Shown in pieces: positions 58,801 to 64,000 of a stretch of DNA of 64,000 nt. The DNA lies in NCBI GenBank assembly GCA_964619725.1, contig CAZUFC010000005.1, positions 1 through 64,000 of the forward strand, given 5' to 3'. The position numbers and the translations under genes were made by a program. Numbering within the stretch: position 1 is the first letter of the stretch; every line of letters begins with the position of its first letter. The stretch comes from an uncultured bacterium. Lineage in GTDB: Bacteria; CSSED10-310; CAZUFC01. Under the pieces are notes generated by a model. It saw only the letters and a list, made by a program, of their open reading frames with translations. It was not told where the DNA came from and did not search any database.

Positions 58801-59647
58801 CGGCGGAGTCATCGCTTACGATGATGATACGGACCCGGGAAACGGCGGTCAGACGGTGTTTTATTCCTTTACCGCTGAAGATATTTCGGATCAGGACGAG
58901 CGCACTCACCTGATCGTAAACACGGCAAGATGGCTGTCCGGGACTGGCAGCGCCGTTCCAACCGCAACGCCGACGATAAGTCCCACCAGAACGCCGACAA
59001 GCACTCCCACGCAATATTACACATTCACCCCTACGCTGACCCCGACGATTTCGCCTACTTCGCCGCCGACGTTTACTCCCACACTCACGCCGACGCCGAC
59101 GTTTACATGGTCGCCCACCGCCACATCGACCTGTTCTCCCACCATACCGCCAACCGATACTCCGTCAAGCACGCCGACTTATACACCTACAGGTGACCCA
59201 ACGGATATTCCCACGGAAATACCGACCGAAATACCCACTTGCATCCCTACGATGACTCCTTCCGTCAATCCCTCCATCACTCCTACCGCGCCGCCGCATC
59301 ACGTCAGCGTTACCATTGAAACCAATTTACCTTACTACGCCGCCTGGGACCATTTCATTCTCTCCCTCCGGCTTGAAAACAATGCAGATACTATCGATGT
59401 AGACCTGTTCATCATACTTGACATATTGCAGAATTACTGGTTCTATCCTGATTGGGGTATGACTCCGAACTGGGAAAGAAGGCAATTGGATACTTTTGAG
59501 TTAATAGAAGAAAATATACTTGATTTCTGGTGGCCGACCGGAGCGGGTTCGGCTGAAAACCTTGTTTTCTGGGCGGCATGCCTCGGACCGGACGGAATTG
59601 AACTGGCATCCAATATTTCTTCGACCTCTTTTTCTTATGGACCTTAA
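55838..59647 (+). CDS. Secreted M14 zinc carboxypeptidase with multi-domain stalk, Pro/Thr linker and soluble CTD
   Basis: GTSVQGR, GNIHGDE, VNPDG, DLNRN and SYHG motifs. Confidence 0.92.
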   Translation: MKELDGLMFGILFAIILISTSMAGGYVPEFPEIKEKIIRIEIEDKEKARDKLRPMHLVIEELTESTIRLRANEHQLEKLKALGYKIEVLWEDARDRAAYRKALMQSDDRWTSYDNLVSFMQTTATTYSDICRLYEIGTSVQGRTIYVMEITDEPDYDDPAEAEVRLIGNIHGDEYMSLELMRLMIEYLTVNYDSDPTVTDLVNNREIWIQASVNPDGHENGSRYNAHGVDLNRNHGYCWNYGGSGPFSEVELHHFRSYSLERNFTLSLSYHGETTYINYVWNFSPNPTPDEPMIDDLSYGYQSFQFDPYEVVAGWDWYQTNGDTNDWSYGCRGDIDWTIETPGYSQGAIETDWNNNRDSMLYIMEQAQYGMMGVVTDGTTGDPLEAIVTVLEHPWPVYTDPEAGDYHRCLQGGTYDIRVWANGYSSTVVTDIEVPDQGTGVQDVQLTRNFTNHAMHVCWYEVTDYYTYNYDNEAYPHLALGPPDEEPCSLGKGCDLALDMGEGFEIVDGVGDDFTVIEADVGDGDEGYTLYAGEGFLGPWTMIAEGSGTQAFDLSGTGVNNIRYLRFLDDNDGSASGSHPGFDLDAVSTIEPVPGCGILELDKTVYDCSELMGITLVDEDLNNDPGVIETVDVVVWSDSDGPKTVEMTEISADSEQFEGGIQLSETESGPGYLMVDRNDVITGLYNDADCQGEPYEAYDYATAMCPDPDLYYLGHSIDDSSGNDDGIADPGESIKLTITLENAGEQTAEQVHGILSSENEYITVTLSEADFEDIPAGETGDSIAPHFTFDVSEEAPVGTLVEFTLALEAFDFGGADENFSIGIGAQPALVIDDGGGGSPGEIADVLSNNGFVVTEESAASTEPAEWPSYGFIVWSSGGNSEPIDNSTWRSNLESYVAGGGKLLIEGGEICYDFYYSDPGFLEDVCHVDDWNSDSSGDLSLQATDHPLANNPYDLPSVIDHTYGSYYDEDACDVTSDAVIVYGWTSATGGGVIAYDDDTDPGNGGQTVFYSFTAEDISDQDERTHLIVNTARWLSGTGSAVPTATPTISPTRTPTSTPTQYYTFTPTLTPTISPTSPPTFTPTLTPTPTFTWSPTATSTCSPTIPPTDTPSSTPTYTPTGDPTDIPTEIPTEIPTCIPTMTPSVNPSITPTAPPHHVSVTIETNLPYYAAWDHFILSLRLENNADTIDVDLFIILDILQNYWFYPDWGMTPNWERRQLDTFELIEENILDFWWPTGAGSAENLVFWAACLGPDGIELASNISSTSFSYGP

Positions 59648-59825
59648 GTTGAAATAATGCGTCCGGCTTGCCGGGTTTCAGTAAAGAAGCAACAGGCAGA
59701 GTCATCCCGGAATAAAGCAATGAAAGAGAATCAAAAAAAACAGGAACATTTATCAGCAAAATGTTCTTTAATTCAATTAATTATAACGGCTGTAGAACTG
59801 TTTAACTCCCTGTAAAGGAGGGACT

Positions 59826-62800
59826 ATGAGTAATGTATCGTTTTTGAAGCCCGTTCTTTGTTTTATGATTGTTTTAGGCGTTTTGGCGTCCGGTGCGATC
59901 GTTTACGGGGGGCAGGCTAACTGGTACGGTTTCGGGAAGGATGCGGCAGCTCCTGAATCCCCGGCTGTGTCTGTTCTTAACTCAAACTATAATGGGGCTG
60001 CGTTTGAATTGTCCTTTTCCGGATTCGCCTATCAGGAAACGTGGATCAAGAACGACCGGTTTCTTGAAATTGAGATGCCGGGACTGGGACAAACTGGTGA
60101 GATAGGAGTCCCCCGGATGCCGGCGTATCGCCGTTTCGTTGAGCTGCCTTATTGCAGCAGCGTAAAGGTTGAGGTTGAGATACTGGAACGGGGGGAAGTA
60201 ATGTTGCCCGAACTGGGTTACGATCTGGAACCGGTTCCTGTTCAGCCGCCTGTAGACAAGGTTCCCGGCGCATATGAAAACATGGAACTCCATTACAATC
60301 CCAAGGTTTATTCTCAAAGCGGCGTTTTGTTTCCTCTGACCGCTCGTCTGGGCAAGGCGGCGCATGCCAGGGGTCACCGGGTGGCGCTTCTGGAAGTCTT
60401 TCCGATGACTTACGATCCTGCAGAACAAATTCTCAAATACGCTAAAAAGGTACGAGTAACCTTGAATTACGAGGGAGTAAACGTATCGAAGACGCGGCGT
60501 ATTCTGGAGAGATATCAGGATCGTCTTTTCGACAGGCTGGTTTCCAGTTTCGTGATTAATCCCGGCAGCTTGACGGGGACCAAAGATTATCCTCCAGCAG
60601 CGCCTCCTTCGATGCTGATAATCGTTCATGATGACCTGGAATCTTCCATCGGACCCTTCGCATCCTGGAAGCAGATGATCGGTTATGACGTGACGGTGGC
60701 GAACACGACGGAGACGGGAACGAGCGCGCAGAACATCAAGGATTATATCTATACTGCGTTTACGACCTGGCCCAATCCTCCGGTATACGTTCTTCTGGTA
60801 GGCGATACGGGATTCATCCCCGCCTGGGACGGGCCTCACAGTTACTCGGAAACCGACATAAACTACAGTCTGCTGGTGGATGACGATTATCTGCCTGACG
60901 TATCTTTAGGCCGCTGGCCGGTGGATACGACGGCTGACCTGGATATTGTGATTGAAAAGACGATGGCTTACGGGCAGGTCAATGTTCCGGATACGACCTT
61001 CTACGGTCATGGCGTTTTTATCGCTTCTTCCGATTGGGGACAATTAGCTGAACAAACCCACAATTATGTGATAGACAATTATCTGGAACCTGACGGACAT
61101 ACGGCGCACAAGGTGTATGAGGCGTCGGGAGGAAGCACGAGCGACATAATCGAGAATCTGAACGACGGCATGTCCTGGTGCGTTTATTCCGGTCACGGCA
61201 GTCCTTCGGGCTGGGGTTGCGTGCCTTTCTATCAGACAAATATCCGAAATGATCTGATGAATGAAAACGAGTACCCGCTAGTCAGCTCGCACGCCTGTTC
61301 AACCAACACCTACGAAGACGATGAATGTTTCGGCGAAACCTGGTTGATTGAAGAAGACAAGGGAGGGATAGGATTCTGGGGCGCTTCAAGCGGTACGCAG
61401 TGGGATGAGGACGACATTATTGAGAAAGGTCAGTTCCGGGGATTAGTCGAAGATAAATTATATGCATTCGCGATGACTACGGATTACGGAAAATATGATC
61501 TTGTGATCGAATACGGTTGGGCGAGCAACGTATATGACTATTACGACAAATACGTGGTACATGGCGATCCGTCCATTGATCCGTTTACTCATATTCCGAC
61601 CGAACTGAACGTGACTCACGATCCGACTGCTCCCGTAGGCGAAGTTGATTTTTCCGTGCATGTGGAAACGGGCGGAGAAGCCGTAGAGAGCGCGCTGGTG
61701 AACCTGGTTATGGATGATGAGGTCCTCGGCGTTGGTTATACGGACTCTTCGGGAGACCTGACTCTGACGATTCATCCGGAAATAGCGGGTGAAATGGACG
61801 TCATAGTGACCGCTCACAACACGGAACCCTATTATGGAATGGTAACCGTAGCCGCTCAGGGTTGCGGAATAATCGTCATGGATTCTGATCTTTATCATTG
61901 TTCGGCAACTGTGGAAATCCATGTTTGGGACACTGACCTGAACATTGATCCGGGCGTTGCGGATACTGCAGAAATAGATATGTCCAGCGATACGGAACCC
62001 ACGCCTGAAGTCGTCGTCATAACCGAAACAGGCGCGGATACCAATGAATTCGTGGGAACGATCGAACTTTCTGAGACGCAGGGCGGAGTCGGTTATCTTA
62101 TGGTATCGCATGAGGATACGGTTACGGCTCATTATCATGACGAGGATTGTGACGGTGTGCCGGTCGACGTTTATGATGAGGCGACTACGGATTGCGTGGG
62201 TCCCGTCATTAGCGGCGTGAGTTTTTCAGGCGTCCTGGACACGACGGCTACAATTAATTGGACCACGGATGAGGCGTCTGACAGCGTAGTTTATTACGGA
62301 TTAGACACGCCGCCGACGGAAAGCGCGGCCGATACCGCCATGGTGACCGAGCATTCGATAGTCCTGGAAGGGCTGGAACAGTGTTCCAAATACTATTTCT
62401 ACGTAGCTTCATCAGATGCATCCGGCAATACGGCCATTGATGATAACAGTGGAGAATATTATTTCTTCAACACGCTGGGCAATTTCGTTTTGCTGGAAGA
62501 GAATATGGACAGCGATCCCGGCTGGACCATCAGCGGCGGCGACTGGGAATTCGGAACGCCGACGGGTCAGGGCGGAGAACACGGCGATCCCGATCCTACG
62601 TCCGGATATACGGGAGACAATGTTTACGGATATAATCTCGAAGGCGATTATGGGAACAATATGGCGGTTTATCATTTGACGTCTCCTCCGTTGGACTGCT
62701 CGAATGCTGCGGGAACGACCCTGACGTTTTGGCGCTGGCTGGGAGTCGAATCGCCCAGTTACGATCATGCGGTAATTTCCGTATCCAACGACGGAACCAC

Positions 62801-64000
62801 CTGGACGGAATATTTCCATAATACGGCTTCCATGTCCGACGGAGACTGGGTTGAATGTTCGTATGACATTTCGGCTACCGCCGACGGGCAGCCTCAAGTC
62901 TACATCCGATGGACCATGGGACCCACAGACGGTTCTTATGTCTATTGCGGATGGAATATAGACGATGTGGAGGTTGCATATCTGGGACCTTGCGACGTTC
63001 CGGTCCTGATGCACGACGATCACGGCATAGACGATTCCAGCGGCAACGACAATGGTGAAGCCAATCCTGGCGAGAATATACTGTCATGGATACAGCTTTA
63101 CAACAATTCGAGCATAGATGCCTCCAACGTTTCGGGAACCGTTACCGAAACCAGCGAGCATGTGACGATAATAAACGGCGATATTTCATTCCCGGATATT
63201 CCGGGTCATACCTGCGGTTTGTCCAACGAACCCTACCTGGAATGGGAAGTCGCTTCCGACGCGCCTGACGGCGCTTCAATTTTCTTCAGCATTGCCTGGA
63301 CCAGCGAAGAGGGTTCCGGCACAGCCAATTTCACGGAACTGATAGTGGCGCCTATCCTGGAATACGCTGACCGCGAAATCGACGATTCTTCAGGGAACGA
63401 CGACGGCATTGCAGACCCGGATGAAAGCATTGTTCTGCCTGTGCTGCTCAATAACAGCGGACATGGTACAGCGTCGAACATTATCGGAACTTTGAGCACA
63501 ACTTCAGAGCACATCACCGTTACAGACAGCGAAGCAGCCTGGGATGACCTGCCGGGTGAAACTTCCGAATGGAGCATTGATAACTTCGGTTTCGACGTGC
63601 ATGAGGATGCGCCGGAAGGAGAAATGGTCGAGTTTCAACTGGATGTCCATGCGGACGGTTACAACGATACGTTTAATTTTTCAATCGGCATCGGAGCGCA
63701 GCCTGCCCTGGTCATCAACGACGGCAGCGGAACGCATGCGGGCATATTTACTACCGTTCTCGGAGATAACGGTTTCATGGTCACTCAGGAAGATGCTTCA
63801 GCCACAGACCCGGCTGCCTGGCCGCAGTATTCCCTTATCATTTGGAGCGCTGGAGACAACAGCGAGCCCGTCGATAATTCCTCCTGGCGAACGAATCTGC
63901 AAACTTTCGTCGCTGAAGGCGGAAGACTGCTGATAGAAGGCGGCGAGGTCTGTTACGACTTCTATTACAGCGATCCTGCTTTCCTTGAAAACGTATGCCA
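59826..64000 (+). CDS. Secreted C25 (gingipain-like) cysteine peptidase, truncated by the window end
   Basis: Not in the ORF track, consistent with no stop before 64000. ATG 59826 after AAGGAGGG; signal peptide; propeptide (GEIGVPRMP); YVLLVGD, LGRWP, YSGHG, HACST and CFGETW. Confidence 0.88.
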   Translation, partial: MSNVSFLKPVLCFMIVLGVLASGAIVYGGQANWYGFGKDAAAPESPAVSVLNSNYNGAAFELSFSGFAYQETWIKNDRFLEIEMPGLGQTGEIGVPRMPAYRRFVELPYCSSVKVEVEILERGEVMLPELGYDLEPVPVQPPVDKVPGAYENMELHYNPKVYSQSGVLFPLTARLGKAAHARGHRVALLEVFPMTYDPAEQILKYAKKVRVTLNYEGVNVSKTRRILERYQDRLFDRLVSSFVINPGSLTGTKDYPPAAPPSMLIIVHDDLESSIGPFASWKQMIGYDVTVANTTETGTSAQNIKDYIYTAFTTWPNPPVYVLLVGDTGFIPAWDGPHSYSETDINYSLLVDDDYLPDVSLGRWPVDTTADLDIVIEKTMAYGQVNVPDTTFYGHGVFIASSDWGQLAEQTHNYVIDNYLEPDGHTAHKVYEASGGSTSDIIENLNDGMSWCVYSGHGSPSGWGCVPFYQTNIRNDLMNENEYPLVSSHACSTNTYEDDECFGETWLIEEDKGGIGFWGASSGTQWDEDDIIEKGQFRGLVEDKLYAFAMTTDYGKYDLVIEYGWASNVYDYYDKYVVHGDPSIDPFTHIPTELNVTHDPTAPVGEVDFSVHVETGGEAVESALVNLVMDDEVLGVGYTDSSGDLTLTIHPEIAGEMDVIVTAHNTEPYYGMVTVAAQGCGIIVMDSDLYHCSATVEIHVWDTDLNIDPGVADTAEIDMSSDTEPTPEVVVITETGADTNEFVGTIELSETQGGVGYLMVSHEDTVTAHYHDEDCDGVPVDVYDEATTDCVGPVISGVSFSGVLDTTATINWTTDEASDSVVYYGLDTPPTESAADTAMVTEHSIVLEGLEQCSKYYFYVASSDASGNTAIDDNSGEYYFFNTLGNFVLLEENMDSDPGWTISGGDWEFGTPTGQGGEHGDPDPTSGYTGDNVYGYNLEGDYGNNMAVYHLTSPPLDCSNAAGTTLTFWRWLGVESPSYDHAVISVSNDGTTWTEYFHNTASMSDGDWVECSYDISATADGQPQVYIRWTMGPTDGSYVYCGWNIDDVEVAYLGPCDVPVLMHDDHGIDDSSGNDNGEANPGENILSWIQLYNNSSIDASNVSGTVTETSEHVTIINGDISFPDIPGHTCGLSNEPYLEWEVASDAPDGASIFFSIAWTSEEGSGTANFTELIVAPILEYADREIDDSSGNDDGIADPDESIVLPVLLNNSGHGTASNIIGTLSTTSEHITVTDSEAAWDDLPGETSEWSIDNFGFDVHEDAPEGEMVEFQLDVHADGYNDTFNFSIGIGAQPALVINDGSGTHAGIFTTVLGDNGFMVTQEDASATDPAAWPQYSLIIWSAGDNSEPVDNSSWRTNLQTFVAEGGRLLIEGGEVCYDFYYSDPAFLENVC

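Noticed and set aside
59893-63933. Several medium ORFs listed in the track at the window end
   Set aside because: They are off-frame or antisense shadows of the long C25 peptidase ORF starting at 59826

Overview
64 kb of chromosome from an anaerobic, diderm (TonB-dependent receptor present), probably uncultured bacterium with a proteolytic surface proteome. No rRNA, tRNA, CRISPR array or prophage was recognised. Contents: three toxin-antitoxin modules (darTG, yefM-yoeB, MNT-HEPN) plus an orphan YgiT-type zinc finger; metF; proline dehydrogenase; nikR with a TonB-dependent receptor and a clear NikR-type operator; an hdrC-hdrB-(wHTH)-giant hdrA/HdrL-mvhD electron-bifurcation cluster; a Ser/Thr kinase; an MscS-FHA fusion; a TMTC-like GT-C/TPR glycosyltransferase; and many large secreted proteins (M14, C25, M16 peptidases, transglutaminase-like, beta-helix, cohesin, HhH/LTD). 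Most notable observations: (1) secreted proteins end in one of two mutually exclusive C-terminal tags, an IPTL-CTERM-like membrane anchor (4 proteins) or an unnamed ~115-aa soluble C-terminal domain (2 proteins); (2) a small inverted-repeat element occurs 'empty' (~205 bp) beside MNT-HEPN and apparently 'filled' (~1.14 kb) with yefM-yoeB inside it; (3) a RAYT transposase with at least 10 dispersed GAAGGGCTCTGACCCC REP hairpins whose stuttered partial copies break at the same point; (4) two otherwise intact genes with single in-frame stops (TAG, TGA). All family calls come from motif recognition by eye, not from database searches.
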